From a virus (taxonomy: Duplodnaviria; Heunggongvirae; Uroviricota; Caudoviricetes), in IMG/VR virus record IMGVR_UViG_3300028030_000006, positions 29,611 through 93,610 of that record: DNA of 64,000 bases; one strand, 5' to 3'. The notes beneath the pieces are model-generated. The model saw only the letters and a list, made by a program, of their open reading frames with translations, was not told the DNA's origin and did no database searches. Below, piece after piece: positions 48,123 through 57,109 of this stretch. The number at the start of each line of letters is the position of its first letter. Within the stretch, counting starts at the first letter, position 1. Made by a program: the position numbers and the translations under genes.

Positions 48123-49295
48123 TTACAGAATATATGCAGATGCTTTAGCTAGTAAGGCCTCAGGATCTTCAAATTTGATGGATTTAAGAGCTTTTAAGTG
48201 TTCAGCAGTATTATCGTTATCCAATAATTTATCGTAACCTAACAGCTTACTGATCACTAAATCTAAACCAAGTGATAGGTTTTCTCCTCTTGACCTTGCC
48301 TGATACTTTGTGTATATTGCAGCCATTAAATATCCAATGTAAGTCTCTTCATCTATGTTTTGATTTATCATCTTAACCAGATATTTAGCGTCATCAACCG
48401 TATGAATATATGGAATCATAAACGTATACAATATTTGATCAATCGTATTTAGTTCAGAAATACGTACCAGTTTCTTCTTTTTCACAACTGAAGCAAAATC
48501 AATTTTCATTAAATATTGTACGTGTTTAGTAAATTCAACAGCTGCTTGTGGAGAGACATACTGCCGTGTGATCTGCTCAAGATTTGCTACTACAAAATCC
48601 TCGTCCAGCAACTTAATTTGATCACTTAAAGCTTCCCAAGATCTTGGAGTACCATAAGGTGTATTTACATTTTCAGGTTCACTTAAAAATTCCGCATTGT
48701 TCTTGAGAAAGGACGCGACAAAGTGATGATAAAATCTACCAGCAACATCGTACCACTCTTCAGGACTAATCTCAAAACGTAAAAAGGCTAAACGATTGAC
48801 AACCGCTGAAGAAAATCCTGTGAATCCCGCCTCATCACTTGTATTCATAGTGCCAACAATTGCTACATTATCATCTAACTTAAAGTTTTTAAGCTTACGC
48901 TCCAATAGAAATTCATAAAGTGCTTTTTGGGTTGATCTATCAGACTCATGGATATCCTCTAACGAGATAACTACTGGAGTACCTTCAGAAGCATACATAT
49001 TGGCCTGATAGATCACCTCTGGACAACTCCACTCGGTAACTAAATCATTCCCGTGAGAGCTGTAAGGTAATAGTTTAGGTTCGTGCTTATCACTAGGCAA
49101 CCCAGAAAGTTCAGAGATGTCCATTGCAGCTATAGAAGCATAAATCAAGTGCCAACCGTTATCTTTACAAATTTGCTTGAGGGTTGCTGATTTCCCCCTA
49201 CCAGGTGCTCCTTGTAGTATAACCGGAGCAATTTTTTTAGTTCTATCGAACTGACCTCTGATGTTTGATTCTATAATTTTTATTGTCGTTTTCAC
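48123..49295 (-). CDS. AAA+ ATPase, MoxR/CobS-like
   Basis: Walker A 'LQGAPGRGKSATL' and Walker B 'VVISLEDIHESD' are present. 'AIVGTMNTSDEAG' is sensor-1-like (..atqNp). Confidence 0.6.
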   Translation of the reverse strand: MKTTIKIIESNIRGQFDRTKKIAPVILQGAPGRGKSATLKQICKDNGWHLIYASIAAMDISELSGLPSDKHEPKLLPYSSHGNDLVTEWSCPEVIYQANMYASEGTPVVISLEDIHESDRSTQKALYEFLLERKLKNFKLDDNVAIVGTMNTSDEAGFTGFSSAVVNRLAFLRFEISPEEWYDVAGRFYHHFVASFLKNNAEFLSEPENVNTPYGTPRSWEALSDQIKLLDEDFVVANLEQITRQYVSPQAAVEFTKHVQYLMKIDFASVVKKKKLVRISELNTIDQILYTFMIPYIHTVDDAKYLVKMINQNIDEETYIGYLMAAIYTKYQARSRGENLSLGLDLVISKLLGYDKLLDNDNTAEHLKALKSIKFEDPEALLAKASAYIL

Positions 49296-49341
49296 GTCGT
49301 TTTCTCCTTTAATGTTGTATGTAAAACCAAGAAAGTGTTAC

Positions 49342-49650
49342 CTATTCTCCAATTTTCAATAACTTTAATGCGTACTCTGTACCATCTTTAAAACCGTCTA
49401 AATATGTTACACCATCTGGTATTTCTATAGCATCCCCTATAGTCTCTACTAAACTTATTGCTTCGTCCTTATCACTCGTTGTATATACATTTGTAGCACC
49501 AGGAGTTCCGTGTAGTGATATATCTACACGATAAATAGGTTGTTTAGTATCCCAATGGACATCTTCAAAGATTGACACACTAGCAATAGCCGATGGGACA
49601 ATAAAAATTGGGTTTTTATTTATTTCTAGCCTCATATTATTTTCCTTCAT
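49342..49650 (-). CDS. Hypothetical protein
   Basis: 102-aa ORF. Confidence 0.35.
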   Translation of the reverse strand: MKENNMRLEINKNPIFIVPSAIASVSIFEDVHWDTKQPIYRVDISLHGTPGATNVYTTSDKDEAISLVETIGDAIEIPDGVTYLDGFKDGTEYALKLLKIGE

Positions 49651-50233
49651 CGAATAACAGTTCAGCTATTTGTTTTATGTTTTTATAGTGCAAGTTATCC
49701 TCTTTTTCAGCTTTAGCTATTAACTCATCTAAAATCCCATAAAAACAACCTCTATTAACGTATATAGTATTGTTATACCTTACCAAAGTTAATACACCAT
49801 TCTCATAACCGATATGGGATATAACTTTTATATCCTTTTGTCTTTTTAACTCAATGTCATCAAATAAAGTACCATATAATTTTGTATATAGCTTTGCATT
49901 ATTAAACATTATTGCATTATTAAACATTGCTGCATTATTAAACATTGCTGCATTATCATATAGCTTTGTATTATTGAACATTTCTGCATTATCATATAGC
50001 TTTGTATTATTAAACATTGCTGCATTATCATATAGCTTTGTATTATTAAACATTGCTGCATTATCATATAACCAACAAGTACCTTCTTGACTTAAGTTAT
50101 GTTCGTTGTTTACATAACCCCCTAAATCACCTTTTTTAACATTACCAAAGTCTTTTAATGCTTTAATTTGATAATTAACACCAGCACCATAAAATTTATG
50201 GTTTGGTTGTAATTTTATTAATTCATATTTCAT
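49637..50233 (-). CDS. Hypothetical protein containing an in-frame tandem 12-aa repeat (KLYDNAAMFNNT)
   Basis: The 36-bp DNA unit 'attatcatatagctttgtattattaaacattgctgc' is repeated about 3 times, plus 18-bp sub-repeats, at roughly 49890-50075. Confidence 0.45.
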   Translation of the reverse strand: MKYELIKLQPNHKFYGAGVNYQIKALKDFGNVKKGDLGGYVNNEHNLSQEGTCWLYDNAAMFNNTKLYDNAAMFNNTKLYDNAEMFNNTKLYDNAAMFNNAAMFNNAIMFNNAKLYTKLYGTLFDDIELKRQKDIKVISHIGYENGVLTLVRYNNTIYVNRGCFYGILDELIAKAEKEDNLHYKNIKQIAELLFDEGK

Positions 50234-50694
50234 TCTTGCTCCTTATTATAGTACATCATGTATACTAAAGATTTGGCTCTGTTACCTGTTTGATGGTACC
50301 ATAAACTAGATTTCATATGATTTGCAGCGGCATGCCAATATTTGTTTTTGAGGCACCAAATAAAGCCTTTGAATTGAAGAAGTTTAGCTAGACCTATGTT
50401 GTAGGTCATATCTAATAATACAACTTTACGATTTATTGGAAGCTCGTTGTACCATACGTATTGTTGTAGTTGATGTTCTACAATAGAAAGTCGATGTTTA
50501 AGAAGAAGAGATGCTTCTTCTTTTGTTATACCATAGGTTAAATTTGTGCCATACCCTATGGAATACCCGTTGGTATCAACATAAAGGTGCTTAGAATAAC
50601 CTTCATGTTGTTTAATCAATCTGGTAGCATGCGTTAATGTTTGTTCAGCGAACACACTCGATACCACAAATAGTATAAGTAAAAGTACTCGCAC
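50230..50694 (-). CDS. GH24 (T4 e / lambda R-type) lysozyme with N-terminal signal or signal-anchor sequence
   Basis: 'MRVLLLILFVVSSVFA' is a signal-like N-terminus. 'LIKQHEGYSKHLYVDTNGYSIGYGTNL' matches the GH24 catalytic E...D...T(IGyG) pattern. Confidence 0.6.
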   Translation of the reverse strand: MRVLLLILFVVSSVFAEQTLTHATRLIKQHEGYSKHLYVDTNGYSIGYGTNLTYGITKEEASLLLKHRLSIVEHQLQQYVWYNELPINRKVVLLDMTYNIGLAKLLQFKGFIWCLKNKYWHAAANHMKSSLWYHQTGNRAKSLVYMMYYNKEQE

Positions 50695-50698
50695 TTTA

Positions 50699-51595
50699 TT
50701 ACCTCATCAGAAAGTCTTTAACACTTATATCGTTTTTAAATAGATACTTCGCTACATCGCCGAATGATGTTAATGGGTACCCTTTTGCCAGTACCGCAGA
50801 AATAATATATGATCTAGGGTATGTGTCAAGCTCTTCTAGTAAATGTACCAATCTAGCACATTTAAATGGTTTTAACATATCTATAATATCTTTTACATGT
50901 CCAGGGTGTGTTACAATAACTTCCCATAAAGATGGTGATATATTACAGTGTTCAACAGACGTAGTACCATCATCAGCAGACGTAGTATCATCATCATCAG
51001 CAGACGTAGTATCATCATCAGCAGCAGACGTAGTATCATCATCAGCAGACGTAGTATCATCATCAACAGATGTAGTATCATCATCAGCAGACGTAGTATC
51101 ATCATCATCAACAGACGTATTACCTCGTGTAGCTGTTAATAAAAGGCCTATAATTGTAGTCCCGCTTGGAGCATTCTCCAACTGCTCAGCTAGCTGTGTG
51201 ACTGTTAAGTCACCTACATCTCTTTTTGTATGTACACCTAAGAAAAATAGAGCTGTAGGCAATTCTGTAAGTACTTGATCTAATACGTGCAATTTTTCAG
51301 ACTCTTGATTGTCTTTGAGTAACTTTTTAATTTTACTTATATCAGAGATCTTGTGAAGCTCCTCCCAACTAAGAGATTTATTAGTACCTGTATGACCATT
51401 AAGCTCATCTCTCATCCGTCTATTTATACCAGACCAAAAAGCGTAACCTTCGGGAGTCATATCCCAACTAAATGCAGTAACTAGGGTAGTATATTTATCA
51501 GTACAACTAATGTCACATTCTCCAATGTTCTCTTTTACAGCTTTCCATAAGTTATTGACTTGAAGCCATTGTTTTTGTTGTTTATTAAATTTCAT
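50699..51595 (-). CDS. Hypothetical protein with an acidic (D-D-D-T-T-S-A)n tandem repeat
   Basis: The 21-bp unit 'gacgtagtatcatcatcagca' is repeated about 7 times at roughly 50945-51125. Confidence 0.45.
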   Translation of the reverse strand: MKFNKQQKQWLQVNNLWKAVKENIGECDISCTDKYTTLVTAFSWDMTPEGYAFWSGINRRMRDELNGHTGTNKSLSWEELHKISDISKIKKLLKDNQESEKLHVLDQVLTELPTALFFLGVHTKRDVGDLTVTQLAEQLENAPSGTTIIGLLLTATRGNTSVDDDDTTSADDDTTSVDDDTTSADDDTTSAADDDTTSADDDDTTSADDGTTSVEHCNISPSLWEVIVTHPGHVKDIIDMLKPFKCARLVHLLEELDTYPRSYIISAVLAKGYPLTSFGDVAKYLFKNDISVKDFLMR

Positions 51596-51623
51596 TTTGT
51601 TGTCCTTTATTTTATATTTAGTG

Positions 51624-52973
51624 TCATTTATCGACTATTTGTCGTTCTAATGCTTGTTCGAGTTGTGACCAAGTATGTCTAGTCACTTTATACCCATTCT
51701 GTTTATATGCTTGTATTCGCCCATATGGGTTCTGGCCACGAAATACAAGATCAAAGATAAATGCCCCATCTTTCCCTGGAAAAGATCTTAGCGCTCTTCC
51801 TACTAGCTGGACGTTTTTCTCCTTTGAGCTGACAAAGGCTACACGAATTATTGTGGACACTCTAGGCATAGATAGTCCTGCATTCAACACTGCCGCCCCT
51901 ATAATCACTTTAATCTGACCTGAATCAAATTTCTGTAAAATATCATCTCGAGCAGACTTAGAAGTTTGACTATTTAGTATACCAACAGTTGTATACCCTG
52001 ATAACCGTTCATAAAGCTTCTCTTGGAACTCTTGAATATTGACCGCTATCAGAATATGTCTATTTTTAACTAAGCTTTTCTTAACTAAAAATTCAACTTT
52101 ATCGGCAATACTGTCTTGACGAAAAAACTTTTGCCGTCGTTTAACGGTTGTATGTTTTGATATGAATCTAGGGTATTGTTCATCACAGTAGACCATCATT
52201 ACACTTGGTACGATGATATCAGGGTTAACTAACTCAAATATAGTACCACCGGATAAATCCATCAATGCTTCGGTTCTATTATCTACAGAACGAGAGAATG
52301 TAGCACTTACAAAAATACGATATTTTGCATGAGCTCTTTGCAAAATCCTTAACATAGTTAAAGCTCCAGCTGATTCACTTTCATCTACAATAATGCACCC
52401 AATATTATGCTTTATCTCTCTCCACAGCTCAGGGCGTCCTGATATGAATTGGGATGTGGCAATATTGACATCTTTAAGTTCTAGATGCTTATCATCTAAA
52501 GTTGTTATATTGGCATCAGTAGCAGCACTAAGCTCTTTAAACAGTTGCGTTGTAAGTAACGTCATATGAGCAATGACAAGCGTCTTGATATTTAAGCTAG
52601 CCAGTATTGCCGCGATTAATACAGACTTGCCTGAGGATGGTTTACCAGATAAATTAAAAGTTGTACCACCAGACTCAAAAAACTCAAGTATTTCCACCAA
52701 TAACGTCTCTTGATAAGGTCTTAAAGTTAGACCAGTAAGGGTTATTGCTTTATTGGTGTGCGGAGCAATACGTTTATCTATTAAGTTAGCTTTAGGAAAC
52801 AACGCTAAAAACTTCTGCTTATTACCTATAGGAAACCCATAACGGCCTTTACTATATACATAAGTTTTAAAAGATGTTAGCTCGTGAGGGTGATGGTAGG
52901 TATAAGCGTGTAAAATCGTAGGAGTAACGTGGGCTTCATCAACCCAAGCTACACCAGTAATTACAACATCCAT
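51624..52973 (-). CDS. Superfamily 2 helicase (DEAD/DEAH-like)
   Basis: Walker A 'SGKPSSGKSVLIAAI' and the DExx box 'CIIVDESE' are present, with a helicase C-terminal domain. Confidence 0.6.
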   Translation of the reverse strand: MDVVITGVAWVDEAHVTPTILHAYTYHHPHELTSFKTYVYSKGRYGFPIGNKQKFLALFPKANLIDKRIAPHTNKAITLTGLTLRPYQETLLVEILEFFESGGTTFNLSGKPSSGKSVLIAAILASLNIKTLVIAHMTLLTTQLFKELSAATDANITTLDDKHLELKDVNIATSQFISGRPELWREIKHNIGCIIVDESESAGALTMLRILQRAHAKYRIFVSATFSRSVDNRTEALMDLSGGTIFELVNPDIIVPSVMMVYCDEQYPRFISKHTTVKRRQKFFRQDSIADKVEFLVKKSLVKNRHILIAVNIQEFQEKLYERLSGYTTVGILNSQTSKSARDDILQKFDSGQIKVIIGAAVLNAGLSMPRVSTIIRVAFVSSKEKNVQLVGRALRSFPGKDGAFIFDLVFRGQNPYGRIQAYKQNGYKVTRHTWSQLEQALERQIVDK

Positions 52974-53471
52974 TTAAGCCTCGAGAATTTTCCGCTCAAG
53001 ATCTAAATCACGAACTAGGGCGGCTTTCTTTTTAAACCCCTCAGGATAGCGAGCTTTTAGTTTTGCGACACCACGCTCTGTAATATCCTCAAGAGATGAG
53101 TCGTACAATTTAGCGAAGTTATCGATAAGTTCTCTTGTTCCATAAAATGTACGCTTTAATTCTGATTCGAGTATCACAACATAGAAAAATACGTCGAAAA
53201 GTTCTTCCAACACATTGACTACATCTAACTCTTTATGGTAAAACCAATGCTTTTTATATGCATCAATTAGCTCACCAAGTTCTGTTTGAGTACCCATAAT
53301 GCCGTGTAGTAGACGAGGATTGTCGTACATCTCATCAAAGTCATCACCAATGTCTCGATCGATACTCATCTCAATTGCGTAGATATGTTGAATTACTCCA
53401 ACGTCTGGCTGTACATCATCATATGGGCATTCCGTTGTTATGATTACATCATTAGGTATTAGTTGTTTCAT
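52974..53471 (-). CDS. MazG-like nucleoside triphosphate pyrophosphohydrolase (tentative)
   Basis: 'ELGELIDAYKKHWFYHKELD...EELFDVFFYVVIL' fits the MazG EEXX(E/D) helix pattern. Confidence 0.45.
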   Translation of the reverse strand: MKQLIPNDVIITTECPYDDVQPDVGVIQHIYAIEMSIDRDIGDDFDEMYDNPRLLHGIMGTQTELGELIDAYKKHWFYHKELDVVNVLEELFDVFFYVVILESELKRTFYGTRELIDNFAKLYDSSLEDITERGVAKLKARYPEGFKKKAALVRDLDLERKILEA

Positions 53472-53484
53472 GTTATATTTTCCT

Positions 53485-54120
53485 TTAAATAAATGTTGGT
53501 TGATCTTTAAGTTCTAAACTTAAAAAGTTTGTTGGTGTTAAATCATAGTGATTTCGTAACTCTGATTTGGTAAAATCAGTCTCAATAATTAAAAGCGTCT
53601 CCTCCTTTTTGTAGTGTGTAATCAAGGCGTGTAAAATTTGCCTTGAAATATTATAATTAGTTGTAACCTCAGCCCCAACTGAATGTATTAAGACTACGTC
53701 AGCTTGAGGATTATCATGTTGTTCAAAGGCAGCATTAGCCCTTTCTGTAAAATCAATTCCTCTAACTTCTCGACCTTCATCAACTAATTGATTAATGACA
53801 GGCGCTGCAGTCCCTTTAATCACAAGCAAACCAGTTTTTGGTGCTTGTGATATCTTACCCTGTAATTGCTTAGCTCTAGCTAAAGATATTCGAGTATCTT
53901 CATAATTAAGGTTTAAGTAAGTTACTGGTAATTTGTAATACGTATAGACTAATTTGTTTTTCTGCACTAGGTCTACCTCCTTCATAGTGGTTTTAATTGT
54001 TGCGTGTGTGTGTGTTTTATTTTCCAGATCCGGTGAATACAGGAATCTGCAGTGGGCTGTGCCCGGCCCTACATCTAACATAGGTTGTATTGCGAAGCTT
54101 GCTGAGCTCTTACAATACAT
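53485..54120 (-). CDS. Hypothetical protein; start uncertain
   Basis: The track ATG at 54120 has no SD. An internal GTG roughly 153 nt downstream is preceded by AAGGAGGT with 7-nt spacing. Confidence 0.4.
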   Translation of the reverse strand: MYCKSSASFAIQPMLDVGPGTAHCRFLYSPDLENKTHTHATIKTTMKEVDLVQKNKLVYTYYKLPVTYLNLNYEDTRISLARAKQLQGKISQAPKTGLLVIKGTAAPVINQLVDEGREVRGIDFTERANAAFEQHDNPQADVVLIHSVGAEVTTNYNISRQILHALITHYKKEETLLIIETDFTKSELRNHYDLTPTNFLSLELKDQPTFI

Positions 54121-54549
54121 GTTAGATGTAGGGATTAATACTAATAGTGAGGCTACCTCACATATGCTTAATGAGTACGAAGCTCAAAATAGGCAATTAA
54201 GCCAACAATTTTATATATATATATATGCGTGTTAGGTGACTATATTTTCGATGTCTGATACATAAGATAGGTTTAAATAGTCCTCTGTAGACGTTTATAT
54301 TCCCATGAAATAAATCCTGTATTAAATTGAAGCAATTAGATTAATGAACTCTAGAGTCTAAAATCAATCTAAATATTCATTGAATATAGTATTTATATCG
54401 TTGGAATGTAAGCTGTCTTCAGAAGGACATTTAAAGATTGTATACTGTATTATATTAATATTGGAGAACCTCCAAATTACTGATTAGTTTAACCAGTTAG
54501 CTATCAAACACAAAATAAAAGATACTCGTTAAGAGTATTTAATAGCCCG

Positions 54550-55443
54550 CTAAGCGGCTACATGCTCAGCCACAATTTTGTTTAACAATTCTTCCGGTTT
54601 TAGAGCACTATCGATCGTAATAACGCCTTTCAAACCATTTATAGCTAACCCATAACCGGATACCAATTTTTTATCATATTGGACTTCCTCAAATTTAAAT
54701 ATTAAGCGGCGTAGAAAGCTAGGATAAATAATACGAGCTATGGACTTAATATTTATCCATTCATCGTAACGCTTTACACAAACGTTGATAATAGATGATC
54801 TGCCGTCAGTTGATACATCTTTTGAAAAAGAGGAGGCAAATAAACGTATCTTATGTCCTCTCTTTTCTAGAGATACAATAACAGCTATCACATTACAAAA
54901 AGCTTCGATGATTTGATTTGTTGTGACATAATGGGCTACTCCAATATTTATATAAAGGTCATAAAAATGGTCTTTATACTTTTTATTTGGTTTTAAATAG
55001 CATTCAGCATCGCCAGCTATTAGCTTACCAATGTCTATCTCAACACCCTCTACATCATAATGATAATCCTCTACCAACCAATCTGTTAATAGACCCTTTT
55101 TGTGTAGGTTATTACGTATTTTCGCTTCTATGTCTAGAACAGCATCTTTAATATCTACTGGAGGTTCACCGTAAGGTTTTAACACCAACTCCAAAGCATC
55201 CTCGAAATTCTCTGTTCCGGTAAAATTCTTATCTCCTGTGTGAGAAGAATCACGATAAGTTTGTACGTCTTTAATAGAGCTTATATATCCAGCGAATGCA
55301 GCTAAATTATGGTATGTATGAATATCTAATTTAGTTGTATCGACGCCCTCGCTTTCTAACCAAGATCGACGAATATCGATCCCTGGGATTTGGTCACTTA
55401 ATTGTGACACCTTTGGTTTGTGTAGTTTGGTTGTTTTACTCAT
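54550..55443 (-). CDS. Hypothetical protein (partner of the upstream AAA+ ATPase). Start reassigned to the internal ATG.
   Basis: The track ORF starts at 55551 and overlaps the upstream gene by 98 nt. The ATG at 55443 (MSKTTKLHKP...) is preceded by AAAGGAGAGGTT and leaves a 10-nt gap after the upstream stop. Confidence 0.45.
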   Translation of the reverse strand: MSKTTKLHKPKVSQLSDQIPGIDIRRSWLESEGVDTTKLDIHTYHNLAAFAGYISSIKDVQTYRDSSHTGDKNFTGTENFEDALELVLKPYGEPPVDIKDAVLDIEAKIRNNLHKKGLLTDWLVEDYHYDVEGVEIDIGKLIAGDAECYLKPNKKYKDHFYDLYINIGVAHYVTTNQIIEAFCNVIAVIVSLEKRGHKIRLFASSFSKDVSTDGRSSIINVCVKRYDEWINIKSIARIIYPSFLRRLIFKFEEVQYDKKLVSGYGLAINGLKGVITIDSALKPEELLNKIVAEHVAA

Positions 55444-55453
55444 AACCTCTCCT

Positions 55454-56329
55454 TTAAAATAATGGTTCGACTTCTTCAGGTGCTTCTTCAGGTGCTTCTT
55501 CAGGTGGTATATACTCTGATAACTCGATGGGCTCACTTTTCGGTAAGACAACCTTTACGTAACTTAACAACTCTGGTCGTTGGCTAGGATCAACTTCACG
55601 CAAAATTGTGGATGCTGCAGCACTCTCGTATCCAATCCATACCTCAAGCAACGCTTTGTACGATAATGCATCTCGCATAGTTAATTCATAACCACGCTTA
55701 CGTAATTCTTCACGAGTCCTTTTTATTGCTTCATCTATTCGAAGATTATCCAGTAAATCAGTTTCTAGTTGTTCATCTAGTTCCCACTCAAGTCGTAAAA
55801 ATCTTGACATAGTTGAAGCATCTAGTTTTGTACGAGCATTATAGTTATCATCGCTACCACCATAAGTGTTAGCTGTTGCTATAAGACGAAAATCAGGGTG
55901 TCTTTCTACCATACGCCCTGCAAAATATCCACGATGTCCTGCAATAGCTGTATTCAAGTTAAGTAGGATGTTATTATTAATGGCATCAATCTCCTCTATA
56001 ACAAATACGCCACCTTGCTGATAGAATTGTCCTAACAAGCTATCAATTATCTTACCGTCAGGTGAGCGGTAACCTAACATGTCGCTTTTTGTGAGTTGTT
56101 GCGAACCTGCCATGTAGCCATAATTTAAGCCTAATGTTTCAGCTAGATGTTCAGCTGCTTGGGATTTAGCGGTACCTGCTGGTCCTGTAAGCATGATAGG
56201 CATATGAAGCCCGTCGTGATTTACTGCATTACTGTATTGTAGTAAATCAGTAAATCTTTTATGTTCTTTACGTTTTTTATTGGGCATTATATTCCTTTTA
56301 ATGATAAATTTACAAAGAATCTGTAACAT
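55454..56329 (-). CDS. AAA+ ATPase (CbbQ/NirQ/GvpN-MoxR class) with a C-terminal PEEA repeat tail
   Basis: Walker A 'LTGPAGTAKSQAAEHLA', Walker B 'VFVIEEIDAIN' and sensor 'RLIATANTYG' are present. The C-terminus is 'PPEEAPEEAPEEVEPLF'. Confidence 0.6.
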   Translation of the reverse strand: MLQILCKFIIKRNIMPNKKRKEHKRFTDLLQYSNAVNHDGLHMPIMLTGPAGTAKSQAAEHLAETLGLNYGYMAGSQQLTKSDMLGYRSPDGKIIDSLLGQFYQQGGVFVIEEIDAINNNILLNLNTAIAGHRGYFAGRMVERHPDFRLIATANTYGGSDDNYNARTKLDASTMSRFLRLEWELDEQLETDLLDNLRIDEAIKRTREELRKRGYELTMRDALSYKALLEVWIGYESAAASTILREVDPSQRPELLSYVKVVLPKSEPIELSEYIPPEEAPEEAPEEVEPLF

Positions 56330-56346
56330 TTCGATCTGAGACCCCA

Positions 56347-56392
56347 GCGACGACTCGAAGGCATCCTACCCGAGGATGTCCGTCTGTCGTCG
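56347..56392. other. G+C-rich nested imperfect hairpin (cgacgac...gcatcct-acccg-aggatgtc...gtcgtcg) in the 5' leader of the AAA+ gene
   Basis: Composition is locally about 65% G+C in an AT-rich genome. It has a two-stem dyad structure. It lies roughly 20-60 nt upstream of the RBS 'AAAAGGAATATAATG'. Confidence 0.3.
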
Positions 56393-56501
56393 GTCGAAGA
56401 TCGATTATGTTAAGATATATATAGAATAGTATTGTTACTATCGAGAGGTAACCTCGAATCCTTTTAAGCTAAATTTATACAATACGTTGTAATGACTACA
56501 A

Positions 56502-56548
56502 AATGTAAATCTTGACCGTTATTAGTTACAAAGGTCAAGATTTACATT
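56502..56548 (-). terminator. Perfect 16-bp inverted repeat (AATGTAAATCTTGACC ... GGTCAAGATTTACATT) with a 15-nt loop. Candidate terminator after the 129-aa gene.
   Basis: The perfect palindromic arms lie 90 nt downstream of the stop of the 56638..57027 gene. On the - strand the hairpin is followed by UUUG. Confidence 0.4.
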
Positions 56549-56637
56549 GATATGTTATGTAGTATTAGCGATACACTAAACTAAGAGCTAGTCATTTACG
56601 ATTATTGCGTTAAAATTGCACCTAAGTAAGGTCTACA

Positions 56638-57027
56638 TTATAGTAGAGCGTTAGCTTCTGTATCAGCATTACCTAACCAATATGCAGCACCTAGTAAGTT
56701 AGCATCTGTAGCAATTGCACGACATAACTCAGCATTTAGTGAAAAGTTCTCATCAGCGATATCAGTACAAGTAGCAGCAACTGCAGCGCTATGTCGCTGT
56801 TTAATTACTTGTAGCAGTGATTCCTCATCCAACATTGACATCGATACACACCCACTCACAGTCTCGATTGTTAAATTTTTGTTAGCTTTTAAAGCTCCTT
56901 TTGAAGAACCTTTATATGCTTCTACTGCTGCTTCGACTGTACCAATGATTGTATCGATCTCTTTGTCGATAGATTTACCTTTTTGTGCTTTTTTGATTGT
57001 TTGAGTTAATAATTTTGAGAAACGCAT
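56638..57027 (-). CDS. Hypothetical protein
   Basis: 129-aa ORF with RBS AAAAGGATATAAAATG. It is the last gene of the RT operon. Confidence 0.4.
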   Translation of the reverse strand: MRFSKLLTQTIKKAQKGKSIDKEIDTIIGTVEAAVEAYKGSSKGALKANKNLTIETVSGCVSMSMLDEESLLQVIKQRHSAAVAATCTDIADENFSLNAELCRAIATDANLLGAAYWLGNADTEANALL

Positions 57028-57109
57028 TTTATATCCTTTTATTTTAAAGTTTATGGGTTATGAAGGGACTTACCAAACTAAATACTCCGACCGTAAATAC
57101 AGATAGGTT

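Noticed and set aside
54550-55551. Long form of the 333-aa ORF starting at 55551
   Set aside because: The first 36 codons overlap the upstream ATPase gene and contain a low-complexity HLKKHLKKHLKK stretch. An internal ATG with a strong RBS gives a non-overlapping gene.
56347-56392. Possible tRNA in the G+C-rich intergenic element
   Set aside because: It could not be fitted to a cloverleaf. There is no 7-bp acceptor stem with a T-arm GTTCRA consensus and no anticodon-arm geometry. It looks like an extended imperfect hairpin.
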